Assembly (NCBI GenBank): GCA_002050235.1
Contig: MWST01000033.1
Coordinates: 1,986 to 65,985, forward strand
Source of the DNA: Polyangiaceae bacterium UTPRO1
GTDB lineage: Bacteria > Desulfobacterota > Binatia > UTPRO1
DNA: 64,000 nucleotides
Reading direction: 5' to 3'
The translations under genes were made by a program, and so were the position numbers. Positions 37,435 through 47,034 of the stretch are shown piece after piece (the stretch's first letter is position 1; every line of letters begins with the position of its first letter). Under the pieces are notes generated by a model. That model saw nothing but the letters and a program-made list of their open reading frames with translations, was not told where the DNA came from and made no database searches.

Positions 37435-38664
37435 ATGGCGCAATTTCAGTATCGAGCAACCGACTTTCAGGGGAAGATCGTCGAGGGCTCGATGGAGGCC
37501 GGCGAAGAGCGCTCGGTCGTCCAGCGCCTGCGCGAGAAGGGCTTGATCCCGATCCGGATCGGGGCCGGCGCCAGCGCCGCTCCGCGGGCTGCCGGCAAAG
37601 CGCTCGCCCTTCCGACTTTCGGGCGCAAGGGCGTCAAGACCTCGGAGCTCCTGATCTTCACGCGCGAGCTCGCGACCCTGCTCCAGGCGGGCATGCCGCT
37701 CGACCGCAGCCTGACGACCCTCACCCAGCTCGCGCAGACCCCGGAGCTGAAGCGCGTCACCTCCGAGATCCTCGAGTCCGTGCGCGGCGGCACGGCGCTC
37801 GCCGAGGCGCTCGGCCAGCACCCGAAGGTGTTTCCGCCGCTCTACGTCAACATGGTCAAAGCCGGTGAAGTCGGCGGCGTCCTCGATCAGGTGTTGCAGC
37901 GGCTCGTCGAGTATCTGCAGAGCGCCGAGGAGCTGCGCGACGAGGTGATCTCCGCCCTCACGTACCCGCTGATTCTGGTCGGTGTCGGCGGCGTGTCGGT
38001 GGCCATCCTGCTGGTCTTCGTGCTGCCGAAGTTCGCGACCATGTTCGCCGACCTCGGACAGGCGCTGCCGCTCTCGACCCGCATGATGCTCGCCATCAGC
38101 GACGCCGCCACGAGCCCGTGGTCGTTGATCGGCGTTCCGGCGGTGGCGGGTGCGCTCTACGGCCTCTATCGCTATCTGGTGACCAGCAAGCGTCTGGCCT
38201 TCGACGCGTTCAAGCTGCGCCTGCCCGTCGTCGGCAACTTGCTGCGGCTCACCGAGGTAGCGCGCTTCGGCCGCACGCTCGGAGTGCTGCTCCGCAGCGG
38301 CGTGCCGATGCTGCAGGCGCTCGACATCGTGCGCGCCGTCGCCACCAACCAGGTCGTCGCCCAGGCGCTGAACGAGGTCCAGGTCGGCGTCCGCGAAGGG
38401 GCCGGCATGGCCGCGCCGCTCGGGCGGAGCGGGGTCTTCCCGCAGCTGGCCCTGCAGATGATCGCGGTCGGCGAGGATACCGGAAAGCTCGACGAGATGC
38501 TGGTGACGACGGCCGACTTCTTCGACCGCGAGGTGCGCAACGACGTCAAGCGGCTCACCCGGCTCCTCGAGCCCGCCATGATCTTGATCATGGGACTGGT
38601 CGTCGGCTTCATGGTGATCTCCATGCTGATGGCCGTCTTCAGCATCAACGACGTCGACATTTGA
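37435..38664 (+). CDS. gspF: type II secretion system inner-membrane platform protein GspF
   Basis: 409 aa with duplicated GspF/PilC domains and 3 TM segments; MAQFQYRATDFQGKIVEG ... LQAGMPLDRSL ... LRSGVPMLQAL. Confidence 0.88.
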   Translation: MAQFQYRATDFQGKIVEGSMEAGEERSVVQRLREKGLIPIRIGAGASAAPRAAGKALALPTFGRKGVKTSELLIFTRELATLLQAGMPLDRSLTTLTQLAQTPELKRVTSEILESVRGGTALAEALGQHPKVFPPLYVNMVKAGEVGGVLDQVLQRLVEYLQSAEELRDEVISALTYPLILVGVGGVSVAILLVFVLPKFATMFADLGQALPLSTRMMLAISDAATSPWSLIGVPAVAGALYGLYRYLVTSKRLAFDAFKLRLPVVGNLLRLTEVARFGRTLGVLLRSGVPMLQALDIVRAVATNQVVAQALNEVQVGVREGAGMAAPLGRSGVFPQLALQMIAVGEDTGKLDEMLVTTADFFDREVRNDVKRLTRLLEPAMILIMGLVVGFMVISMLMAVFSINDVDI

Positions 38665-38684
38665 TCTTCGGAGGAAGGACACCC

Positions 38685-39131
38685 ATGGACGATATCCGCA
38701 CTAACGATCGGGCGCGGCCGCGACGGCGCCAGGGCGGTTTCACCCTCGTCGAGCTGCTGGTCGTGATGGTGATCCTGGGCCTGCTCGCCGCGCTCGTGGT
38801 GCCGGCGTATCTGGGTCGCGAGCGCAAGGCCCGTTCGCAGGCCGCCAGGACCCAGATCGAGCTTCTGGGCACGGCGCTCGATACCTTCCGGCTCGACGTC
38901 GGTCGCTACCCGTCGACCCAGGAGGGCTTGAACGCGCTGCGCGAGGGTCGCGGCATACCCGGCTGGGACGGGCCCTATCTCAAGAAGGACGTGCCGGCGG
39001 ACCCCTGGGGCCGCCCTTTCATCTACCAGAGCCCTGGCGAACACGGCGAGTACGACCTCTACACGTACGGCGCCGACGGGGCGCCGGGCGGAGACGGTGA
39101 CGCGCGGGATCTGGCGAGCTGGGGCGGCTGA
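38685..39131 (+). CDS. gspG: major pseudopilin GspG
   Basis: Prepilin N-terminus ...RRRQG|GFTLVELLVVMVILGLLAALVVP and a GspG C-terminal fold (DGPYLKKDVPADPWGRPFIYQSPGEHGEYDLYTYGADGAPGG). Confidence 0.88.
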   Translation: MDDIRTNDRARPRRRQGGFTLVELLVVMVILGLLAALVVPAYLGRERKARSQAARTQIELLGTALDTFRLDVGRYPSTQEGLNALREGRGIPGWDGPYLKKDVPADPWGRPFIYQSPGEHGEYDLYTYGADGAPGGDGDARDLASWGG

Positions 39132-39138
39132 ACCCGCC

Positions 39139-39615
39139 ATGTCGGGCCGGGTGCGCGCGTCGCGCACGGCGGAGGGCGGATTCTCGCTCTTCGAGCTGGT
39201 CGTCGTGCTGATGATCATCGCCATCGCCAGCGGCCTCGCGGCACCGGGCATCCAGAGCGGTTGGCGCGCCCGTGAGGTGCGGACCGGGACGCGGGCGCTC
39301 GCTGCGGTCATGCGTGGGCTCCGCGAGCGCGCCGTGCGCCGTGGCGCCGAACAGGAGCTCGTGATCGATGCCGACGGGCAGACGTATCGCTGGACGGGCG
39401 AACAGCAAGCGACGCTGCCGGGCGGCGCTGCGGTGACCGGCATCCGCGGCGGTTGGCGCGACCAGGACGGCGGTGCCAGGCTGGTGTTCTACCCGAACGG
39501 AGGCTCCAGCGGCATCGCGGTCGTGGTCGGACAGCAGGACGGCGATGGCTCGAGCTTCACGATCCGCGTCGATCCGCTACTCGGGACGGTCGTGATCCGG
39601 GACGCGACGACGTGA
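39139..39615 (+). CDS. gspH: minor pseudopilin GspH-like
   Basis: Prepilin-type N-terminus G|FSLFELVVVLMIIAIASGLAAP; 158 aa. Confidence 0.65.
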   Translation: MSGRVRASRTAEGGFSLFELVVVLMIIAIASGLAAPGIQSGWRAREVRTGTRALAAVMRGLRERAVRRGAEQELVIDADGQTYRWTGEQQATLPGGAAVTGIRGGWRDQDGGARLVFYPNGGSSGIAVVVGQQDGDGSSFTIRVDPLLGTVVIRDATT

Positions 39616-39617
39616 CC

Positions 39618-40052
39618 ATGGAGCGATCTCGCATTCGCAGCGGCCGGCGATCGGCGGGCTTCACGTTGATCGAGGTGGCGATCGCGATGGCCATCGTCGG
39701 CGTCGGCGTGGTGGCGGTGCTGCAGATCTTCACCGCGGCGCTGCGTACGGAGCGCGGTGCCGGCATCCGGGCGCGCGCGGCGATGCACGCGCGCGCGCTC
39801 CTCGAACAGACGATGACCGAGCCCGATCCCGTGGCGGGCCAGGACAGCGGCCAGCTCCCGGACGGCTATCGCTACGAGCGCCGTGTCCGCGAGGCTTCGG
39901 AGCTCCTCGAGGGCACCGGCCGCCATCTGGACGTGAAGAGCGAAATCACGCTCTTCGAGATCGAAGTGTCGGTGCTGTGGACGCAGGCGGAAGACCGGGA
40001 AGGCGTCTACACCGTGCGCACGCTGCGCGTGGGCCCGAACCCGCAGGCATGA
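39618..40052 (+). CDS. gspI: minor pseudopilin GspI
   Basis: G|FTLIEVAIAMAIVGVGVVAVLQIF; 144 aa; canonical position. Confidence 0.7.
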   Translation: MERSRIRSGRRSAGFTLIEVAIAMAIVGVGVVAVLQIFTAALRTERGAGIRARAAMHARALLEQTMTEPDPVAGQDSGQLPDGYRYERRVREASELLEGTGRHLDVKSEITLFEIEVSVLWTQAEDREGVYTVRTLRVGPNPQA

Positions 40053-40801
40053 GGGAGCGCCGCCGGGAAGCCGGCTTCACGCTCCTCGAGCTGGTGCTGG
40101 CTCTCGTGATCTTCGGGATGATCGCCGCCGTCGTCTACAGCGCTTTCTATTTCGGGCATCGCGCCGTGGCGAGCGGCGAGCGGTCGGCAGACGAGAATCA
40201 GCGCATGCGGCTCGCCGAGGAGATGCTCGGCCGGCAGGTACGCTCGGCGGTGTACTATTTCGCGCACTACGACGACGAGGACAACGTCCCGTTCTTCCTG
40301 GGTATGCCCGACGGGATGATGTTCGTGACGAGCGCGCCGCAGAGTCGCGGCGGCACCGGGCTCGCCGCGGTCTCCTATCGGCTGATCGACGGCCAGCTCG
40401 TGGTCGAGGAGCGCGTCAACTTCACGCCGAAGGATCTCTACACGCCATCTTCCGACCTGCCGGTGCAGCGGGCCGTCCTGCTCGCAGGCTTCACTTCGCT
40501 GCGCTTCGAGTACATGGCGGCGGAGGAGCGCGATCTCGGCTGGGTCGATCGTTGGGACGCGCGCGACGAGGACGATCTCCCGGGCCTGGTGCGGGTCACG
40601 GTCGAGGGGCTGCCGTACTTCGGCGGCGCTCCGTGGGTGCGGGAGATACCGCTCTTCACCCGCGCGACCGGATGGGGCACCAACGACTTCCAGGACCCGC
40701 CCGAGGACGAGACCGAGGAAGAGCTCCAGGGCACGACGGCGGCCCCGGGCGAGTCGCCCGACAACGATGCGGTCGACGAAGACGAGGAGCTGGCGCAATG
40801 A
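40049..40801 (+). CDS. gspJ: minor pseudopilin GspJ
   Basis: MRERREAG|FTLLELVLALVIFGMIAAVVYSAF; 250 aa with an acidic C-terminal tail. Confidence 0.7.
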   Translation: MRERRREAGFTLLELVLALVIFGMIAAVVYSAFYFGHRAVASGERSADENQRMRLAEEMLGRQVRSAVYYFAHYDDEDNVPFFLGMPDGMMFVTSAPQSRGGTGLAAVSYRLIDGQLVVEERVNFTPKDLYTPSSDLPVQRAVLLAGFTSLRFEYMAAEERDLGWVDRWDARDEDDLPGLVRVTVEGLPYFGGAPWVREIPLFTRATGWGTNDFQDPPEDETEEELQGTTAAPGESPDNDAVDEDEELAQ

Positions 40802-41790
40802 GGTCGGCCGGCGGCGAGCGCGGCATCGCGCTCCTCATGGTCATCTGGATCTTCATGGTGCTCAGCGTGCTGTCGGCCGAGTTCGCACGCGCCATGCGCG
40901 ACGATGCGATCGCTACCCAGAACCTCGCCGAGGAGGTGCAGGCGCGCGGGGTCGCGATTGCGGGCATCAACCGGGCGATCTACCGACTGCTCTACGCCCG
41001 CCAGGCGGGGGCGGAGGACGACGATCCCGATGCCGTCGGCGCCGACGCTCCGGCGCCGTGGCTTCCCGACGGCCGTTGGCACGAGGAGCCGTACTGGGGC
41101 GGCACCTACGGCGTCCGGCTGATCGACGAAGGCGGCAAGATCTCGCTGAACCGCGCCGACGAGACGCTGCTGCGCAAGGTGTTCGAGACGCTGGGGATGA
41201 AGCCCGACGAACAGGAGGAGATCGTCGACGCCATCATCGACTGGCGCGACAGCGACGACCTCCACCGCCTGCACGGCGCCGAGGACGAGTACTATATGAA
41301 GCTTCCGGAGCCGTACCACGCCAAGAACGGCCCCTTCGACTCGGTGGACGAGCTGCTGCAGGTTCGTGGTATCACCCGCGAACTGTTCTTCGGCGAGCGG
41401 AGCCGGGGGCTCGGATCGGATACGCTGCCGTCGATTCCGCTGCGCGAAGTCTTTTCCGTCTTCAATCGGAGCGCTAACATCAACGTCCGGACGGCGCCGG
41501 TGGCGGTGCTGCGGGTGGTGCTGGGAGGGGACGAGCAGGCCGTGGACGAGATCGTCACTGCGCGCGACGAAGATCCGAGCAGCGTACTGGGCTTGATTCG
41601 CGCCAAGGTTGCGGATCAGGTGCTGGCCCGCCGGCTGGTGGATCGGGCACCGAGCCGGGTCGCGATCGAGGCCCGCGCTATGATGCAGAACGGTCGAGTT
41701 CAGGCCCGGGTCGGGGCGGTAGTGGAGATCCCCGAGGACGGCGACGGTTTCCACATCGATCGGTGGTACGACCGCTTGCCGGCATTCTGA
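40798..41790 (+). CDS. gspK: minor pseudopilin GspK
   Basis: 330 aa; N-terminal hydrophobic segment GIALLMVIWIFMVLSVLSAEFARAMRDDA and a GspK-like body (GKISLNRADETLLRKVFETLGM...ELLQVRGITRELF helix-hairpin-helix-like). Confidence 0.75.
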   Translation: MRSAGGERGIALLMVIWIFMVLSVLSAEFARAMRDDAIATQNLAEEVQARGVAIAGINRAIYRLLYARQAGAEDDDPDAVGADAPAPWLPDGRWHEEPYWGGTYGVRLIDEGGKISLNRADETLLRKVFETLGMKPDEQEEIVDAIIDWRDSDDLHRLHGAEDEYYMKLPEPYHAKNGPFDSVDELLQVRGITRELFFGERSRGLGSDTLPSIPLREVFSVFNRSANINVRTAPVAVLRVVLGGDEQAVDEIVTARDEDPSSVLGLIRAKVADQVLARRLVDRAPSRVAIEARAMMQNGRVQARVGAVVEIPEDGDGFHIDRWYDRLPAF

Positions 41791-41793
41791 TCC

Positions 41794-43209
41794 ATGGATC
41801 TCGCGACCCTCTCACAGCGCCTCCGACGCGTCGATTTTCTCGACGGGCTCGGGATCTATGTCGGCCCCGATCACGTGTCGCTGGCGCTCGTGCGCAAGCG
41901 CCTCCTGCGGGTGGCGCTGGCGCAGAACCGGTCGTATCCCCTGGCGCCGGTTTCGCGGCCGGAGGAGCGGCTGCAGGGGCTCACGGAGGCCGTTGCGGCT
42001 TTCAAGCGCGAGACCCAGGTCGAGCCCGGGGCGGTGCACCTCTGCCTGGCCCGCCAGGAGCTCCTGCTGAACCGCCTCGTCCTCCCGATGGCGGCCCGCG
42101 AGAACCTCGACCAGGTGCTCGAATACGAGATCGAGCGCGTGATTCCTCTGCCGCGCGACGAGATCTTCTACGACTACCAGGTCCGGGAGTCGGGACAGGG
42201 GGAGAATGGCAGGCTCGCGGTGCTCGTGGTCTCGGTACCGCGCCGCGTGGTGAGTCAGTACGTCGATGCGCTCGAACGCGCCGGCATCCGGCCGAAGTCG
42301 GTCGTCGTCGCTGCTGCGGCGCTCGGCGACTACACGGCGTTCTGCCGCGGCGCGCTCGCGCAGCCCGTAGCGCTACTCGTCCGCGACGGGGCCGAGGGCG
42401 AGCTCGCGGTCTTCATCGAGCGCCAGCTCGTCGCCAGCCACGCCTTGCGCGGCCATACTCCGTCGAGCGCCGCGGTGAACGCGATGGTCCGCCGCGATCT
42501 CGCCGAGGTATTCCATGCCGTCGAGACCCCGGTGGACCTCCTCGTCGCTGCGACCCCGAACGGCGGCGGAACCGGCGCCGACCCCGAGGCAGTGCACGAT
42601 CTGTTCGCGCTCGCGAACGGTCGGCTCGACGCGCCGGCGAGCTTCTTCGACGCGGCCGATCCGACCCTGCTGCTTGCCGTCGGGGCTGCGCTCGGCGCGG
42701 TCCGCGAAGGCGTGGTCGACATCGATCTGCTGCCGGCCGAGCACCGCCCGGTGCGGGAAGGCTTCTTCGTTCCGCTCCTGCTGATGGTGGCGGTGGTGGT
42801 GCTGGCACTGGTCTACGGCGGTAGCGTCGTCGTGCGCGACGAGATGACGCGCCGGCGGCTCGCGGCCGAGGTCGAAGCGCTCGAGCCCCAGGTCGCGGCG
42901 ATCAAGAAGCAGGAGGCCGACGTGCGCCGCCTCCAGGCGCGGATCGCGACGCTGACCGAGAACCAGGACCGCCGCGTCGTGCGCTACCTGAAGGAGCTGA
43001 CCGACAAGATCCCGGCCGACGCCTATCTGACCACTCTCCGGTACCGGAACAACCGCATCGAGATGGACGGCTTCGCGACCAAGTCCTCCGAGCTCATTCA
43101 GATCCTCGAGAGCTCGCCGCTGTTCAAGAACGCGCAGTTCACTTCGCCGATCACGCAGGGACAGGGCGGCCAGGAGCGGTTCTCGATAGTGGCGGAGATC
43201 GAAGGATGA
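41794..43209 (+). CDS. gspL: GspL-like assembly protein (PilM-like cytoplasmic domain + TM + PilN-like periplasmic domain)
   Basis: 471 aa; N-terminal actin-like domain, one TM (FFVPLLLMVAVVVLALVY), a coiled coil, then a PilN/GspL periplasmic domain (YLTTLRYRNNRIEMDGFATKSSELIQILESSPLFKNAQF). Confidence 0.7.
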   Translation: MDLATLSQRLRRVDFLDGLGIYVGPDHVSLALVRKRLLRVALAQNRSYPLAPVSRPEERLQGLTEAVAAFKRETQVEPGAVHLCLARQELLLNRLVLPMAARENLDQVLEYEIERVIPLPRDEIFYDYQVRESGQGENGRLAVLVVSVPRRVVSQYVDALERAGIRPKSVVVAAAALGDYTAFCRGALAQPVALLVRDGAEGELAVFIERQLVASHALRGHTPSSAAVNAMVRRDLAEVFHAVETPVDLLVAATPNGGGTGADPEAVHDLFALANGRLDAPASFFDAADPTLLLAVGAALGAVREGVVDIDLLPAEHRPVREGFFVPLLLMVAVVVLALVYGGSVVVRDEMTRRRLAAEVEALEPQVAAIKKQEADVRRLQARIATLTENQDRRVVRYLKELTDKIPADAYLTTLRYRNNRIEMDGFATKSSELIQILESSPLFKNAQFTSPITQGQGGQERFSIVAEIEG

Positions 43210-43889
43210 GCTGGCGGGAGCGATGGGCGCAGCTCAGTGCCCGCGAGCGGCGGCTGATCGAGGCCGCCGGCGGCGTGTTCGGACTCTTTCTGGTGCACTT
43301 GTTGGTGCTCTCGCCCTTCCTCGCCTACCGGCACAATTTGCAGGACGAGATCGTGGCGTACCGCGACCAGGTCGAGAACGGCAAGGCGTACCTCGCGCGG
43401 ACGGCCGACATCACCCGCCAACGCGACACCCTCCACAAGCTCTACCAGCAGGTGCATGCACAGCTCGTTCCCGGCGATACGCCGACGCTCGCGGCCGCCA
43501 ATCTGCAGAACACGCTGCACAGCCTCGCCGGTGAGAAGGGCGTCGAGATCCAGAGCACGCAGGTCATGCGCGACGACACCGTCGGCGAGTTCCGCCGTAT
43601 CGCCGTCCGCATCACCGTGACCGGCGACCTGCAGCAGGTGGCCGACTTTCTGGCCGGCGTCGAGCACGGGCCGACGCGCGTCCTGATCCCGTTCCTCGAG
43701 ATCAGCCGGCGCGGCGCCGTCCTGCGCGGCAAAGCGGCGCGAGCACTGTCGGCGACTATCGAAGTGACCGCGTTCCTCCAGGGAGCCGCAGCGGCGCCGG
43801 ACGGCAAGACGCCGGCTGCGGGTGGCGGTCCGGGGGCGGCCGCGCCGGGCGGTGCGCCGGCAGCGCCGGCGGCGGGAGGTGCCGTCTGA
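43206..43889 (+). CDS. gspM: GspM/PilO-like inner-membrane protein
   Basis: N-terminal TM (GVFGLFLVHLLVLSPFLAY), periplasmic domain and an Ala/Gly/Pro-rich tail; position after gspL. Confidence 0.55.
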   Translation: MSWRERWAQLSARERRLIEAAGGVFGLFLVHLLVLSPFLAYRHNLQDEIVAYRDQVENGKAYLARTADITRQRDTLHKLYQQVHAQLVPGDTPTLAAANLQNTLHSLAGEKGVEIQSTQVMRDDTVGEFRRIAVRITVTGDLQQVADFLAGVEHGPTRVLIPFLEISRRGAVLRGKAARALSATIEVTAFLQGAAAAPDGKTPAAGGGPGAAAPGGAPAAPAAGGAV

Positions 43890-44566
43890 TGCGGCGGGTC
43901 GTGTTCCTCGACGTCCTCCTCCTAGCCGTCGTCGCCGGGCTCCTCTTTCAGATCGCGACGCTGTGGTGGGCCAGCGAGCCCGAGGCCGAGGTAGCGGCGC
44001 CGCACGAGGCGAAAGCTCCCAAGTTCGATCTCCCCAGAGTCGACCGTCGGCCGCCGCCGGCGAACCTGGCGGCCCAGATCGCCGACAAAGACCTCTTCGA
44101 CCAGTCCCGGACGGGGGTGCAGCCCGGTTCGGCCACGGCCGCGGCGCCGTCCGAGCCGGTTCGCCCGCTCACCCTCGTGCTGCTCGGAGTCTCGGGGAGC
44201 GGTCCGGAGCGTGAAGCCCTGGTCAAGGATACGACCCAGCCGAAGCCGCAGTGGCTGCGGCAGGGCGAGGAGACGGGAGGCTACAAGGTCGGGCGGATCG
44301 ACCCCACGGCGATCGTGATGGTAGGACCGGACGGGCAAGAAACGACGCTGGTGATCAACGTCGAGAAGGCGAAGGTGGGCCAGCCCGCTGTCGTGACCGG
44401 ACCGGCCGGCATCCAGCCGACGCCGGCTCCGGCCGCCACGCGGACCGCTCGCGGCGTCATGTCGCCCGGCGCGGTGCGCACCCCGGCGGCCGACATCAGA
44501 GAAAAAATCGAGCGGCTGCGCCAGGAAGCGCGCAAGCGTCGTGGCCAGGCCGTCGAAGCGCAGTAG
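43889..44566 (+). CDS. GspC/PilP-like secretin-interacting protein
   Basis: N-terminal TM (VVFLDVLLLAVVAGLLF), a Pro-rich linker and a small beta domain (YKVGRIDPTAIVMVGPDGQETTLVI) resembling the HR/PilP fold; immediately upstream of the secretin gene. Confidence 0.45.
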   Translation: MRRVVFLDVLLLAVVAGLLFQIATLWWASEPEAEVAAPHEAKAPKFDLPRVDRRPPPANLAAQIADKDLFDQSRTGVQPGSATAAAPSEPVRPLTLVLLGVSGSGPEREALVKDTTQPKPQWLRQGEETGGYKVGRIDPTAIVMVGPDGQETTLVINVEKAKVGQPAVVTGPAGIQPTPAPAATRTARGVMSPGAVRTPAADIREKIERLRQEARKRRGQAVEAQ

Positions 44567-44585
44567 GAGCGGGAGGGAGGGTCGC

Positions 44586-47015
44586 ATGATACGAACAGCC
44601 CTGAGGATCGTCGCCGTGATCGTGGCGGTAGGGATCACCGCGATCGCGGGCGCCGAAACCCCGGTGCCGACCCCGGCGGCCACGGCGGTGAACGGCTCGG
44701 CGCACAGCGAGCCGGCCACGGCAGCGACTGCCGCCCCCAACGACTCCGTGGTGCTGAACTTCGAGGGCGCCGACATCCGCGAGGTGATCCACAGTCTCGC
44801 CGACTCCCTCGGCATCAACTACCAGATCGATCCCCGCATCCAGGGGCAGGTGACCATTCGTACCACCGGACCCATCGCCAAGGAGGATCTCTTTCCGATC
44901 TTCAACCGCATCCTGCGCGCGAACGGCATCTCCGCAGTGCAGGTCGGCGACATCTACCAGATCATTCCCGTCGCCGAGGCGAAGACGAAGGCCATCATTC
45001 CGGTGGCGCCCGGCGAACGGCGCCAGGCCGCTCGCGAGGACGCGTTCGTCATCGAGGTGGTGAAGGTCGAGCACGTGGCGGCACAGGAGATGGTGAACGT
45101 CCTGCAGCCGTTCGTGACTCCGGGCGGCGACGTCATCCCGTACGCGCGCGCCAACCTCTTGATCGTGACCGATCTCGAGTCGAACGTGGCGCGCTTGAAG
45201 GATCTGGTGGCGACGTTCGACCGCGACGCCTTCCGCGATCTTCGCGCCAAGGTCTACAAGATCGAGCACGCCAACATCGAAGAGATCGGCCAGGAGCTGA
45301 TCGCCATCATGGACACCTACGGTGTGACGCCGGCGTCGGCCGAGGAGCGCGGGGTCTACGTCATCCCGCTCCAACGCCTGAACTCGCTGGTCATCGTCGC
45401 TTTCAACCCGACGATCTTCGCGGAGATCGATCGCTGGATGAAGCTCCTCGACGTGCCGCCCGAGGAAGGCGCCGGCCGATCGGTGCACGTGTACGCCGTC
45501 GAGAACGCCAAGGCCGCGGACCTCGCCGAGATCCTGAGCCAGCTCTACGGCGAAGGGTCGAGCTCGCGGCAAGGCCAGCAGCAGGGCTTCACGCCGTTCG
45601 GGACGCGCACCCGGGGCGGAGTCGGGCAGCAGGGCGGTCGCGCCGGGCAGCCGGTCGTGGGGCGCCAGGGCGCGCCGCAGATAGCGGCACCGGCGCCGCC
45701 GCGCGTGAACCAGATGCTCGACGACTTCGACGACTACGCACCGCTGCAGCAGTTCGACGATACCGGCGGCGGCGGTATCGGGAGCGCTACTTCGTCGCGG
45801 CGCAGCAGCGGCCGCAGCGGCGGCCTCGGGGGCAGCTCGAGCCGCGGCGGCTTCGGCAACACTCGCAACACGAGCGGCACTTTCGGGGGGACGCAGGGAG
45901 CGCAGGGCTTCGTGCTCGCCGGCGGCGAGCCGGGCGACATCTTCCGCCAGGAAGTGCGCATCGTCGCCGACGACGTCACCAACTCGCTCGTCGTTCTCGC
46001 CACCAAGAAGGACTATGCCGACATCCGCGAGGTGCTGCGCCGGCTCGACGTCGTGCCGCGCCAGGTGCTGATCGAGGTGCTGGTGGCGGAGGTGACGCTC
46101 GGCGACGACATGAAGTTCGGCGTCGAGTGGGCGATGGCCGATCAGAGCCGCAAGGGCGCGCTCGGCCGCATCACCGGCGAGCCCACGAACACCAACGCCG
46201 ACTCCAAGAGCACCAGCCCGAGCCCGAATCTCTTCGATCTCGGCGCTGCGCTCGGTAACCGCTCGACCGACGTCGTGCCGCTTCCCGGCTCCGGCATGTT
46301 CGGCATCATCAGCGACAACCGCAACTTCGCGGTCGTCATGAACGCGGCCGCCGGCAAGAACAAGCTCAAGGTGCTCTCGGCGCCGCATATCATGACCGCC
46401 GACAACCACGAGGCGCACATCCTAGTCGGCAACGAGGTCCCGATCGTGACGACGCAGAGCAACGCCAACTACACCCTGACCGCCGGCACGTCGAACATCC
46501 TGCAGAACATCCAGTATCGCGACACCGGCGTCATCCTCACCGTGCTGCCGCAGGTGAACTCCGAGGGTCTGGTCAACATGCAGATCCGCCAAGAGGTGAG
46601 CCAGGTCGCGAGCGCCACGACGGGCGGCATTCAATCGCCGACGTTCTCGACCCGCGAGTCCGAGACCACGGTCGTCGTGCAGAGCGGAGAAACGATCGTC
46701 ATCGGCGGCATCATCGACGATTCGGTGGACCGCAGCCGCACGGGTGTCCCGTTCCTGATGGACATCCCGGTGGTCGGCCGCGCCTTCCGCATCGAGAGCG
46801 ACACCGTCCGGCGCACCGAGCTGATCGTGCTGCTCACCCCCCACGTGGTGCGCGATCGCCAGGAGTCGCGCTATGCCACCGAGGCGTTCAAGTCGCGGCT
46901 CAAAGGCATGGAGCGCGACCTCGAGCGCTACGATCGCGATCGCCCCGACTACGGCAGCGGACGGCCCTCGCCCGCGACTCTCGACGAGCTGCGGGTCAGC
47001 CCTCCGGCGCCGTGA
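44586..47015 (+). CDS. gspD: type II secretion system secretin GspD
   Basis: 809 aa; signal peptide, N0-N1-N2 domains (VVLNFEGADIREVIHSLADSLGINYQIDPRIQGQVTIRT), a secretin domain (VLSAPHIMTADNHEAHILVGNEVPIVT...GETIVIGGIID) and a C-terminal S-domain-like tail. ATG 44586 is preceded by GGGAGGGAGG. Confidence 0.88.
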   Translation: MIRTALRIVAVIVAVGITAIAGAETPVPTPAATAVNGSAHSEPATAATAAPNDSVVLNFEGADIREVIHSLADSLGINYQIDPRIQGQVTIRTTGPIAKEDLFPIFNRILRANGISAVQVGDIYQIIPVAEAKTKAIIPVAPGERRQAAREDAFVIEVVKVEHVAAQEMVNVLQPFVTPGGDVIPYARANLLIVTDLESNVARLKDLVATFDRDAFRDLRAKVYKIEHANIEEIGQELIAIMDTYGVTPASAEERGVYVIPLQRLNSLVIVAFNPTIFAEIDRWMKLLDVPPEEGAGRSVHVYAVENAKAADLAEILSQLYGEGSSSRQGQQQGFTPFGTRTRGGVGQQGGRAGQPVVGRQGAPQIAAPAPPRVNQMLDDFDDYAPLQQFDDTGGGGIGSATSSRRSSGRSGGLGGSSSRGGFGNTRNTSGTFGGTQGAQGFVLAGGEPGDIFRQEVRIVADDVTNSLVVLATKKDYADIREVLRRLDVVPRQVLIEVLVAEVTLGDDMKFGVEWAMADQSRKGALGRITGEPTNTNADSKSTSPSPNLFDLGAALGNRSTDVVPLPGSGMFGIISDNRNFAVVMNAAAGKNKLKVLSAPHIMTADNHEAHILVGNEVPIVTTQSNANYTLTAGTSNILQNIQYRDTGVILTVLPQVNSEGLVNMQIRQEVSQVASATTGGIQSPTFSTRESETTVVVQSGETIVIGGIIDDSVDRSRTGVPFLMDIPVVGRAFRIESDTVRRTELIVLLTPHVVRDRQESRYATEAFKSRLKGMERDLERYDRDRPDYGSGRPSPATLDELRVSPPAP

Positions 47016-47034
47016 GCTGCGCGCCGACGCCGCG

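Noticed and set aside
36847-38682. 611-aa minus-strand ORF antisense to the GT4 gene and gspF
   Set aside because: Antisense artefact. gspF on the + strand is unambiguous.
44496-46418. 640-aa minus-strand ORF antisense to gspD
   Set aside because: Antisense artefact. The + strand secretin is conserved end to end.
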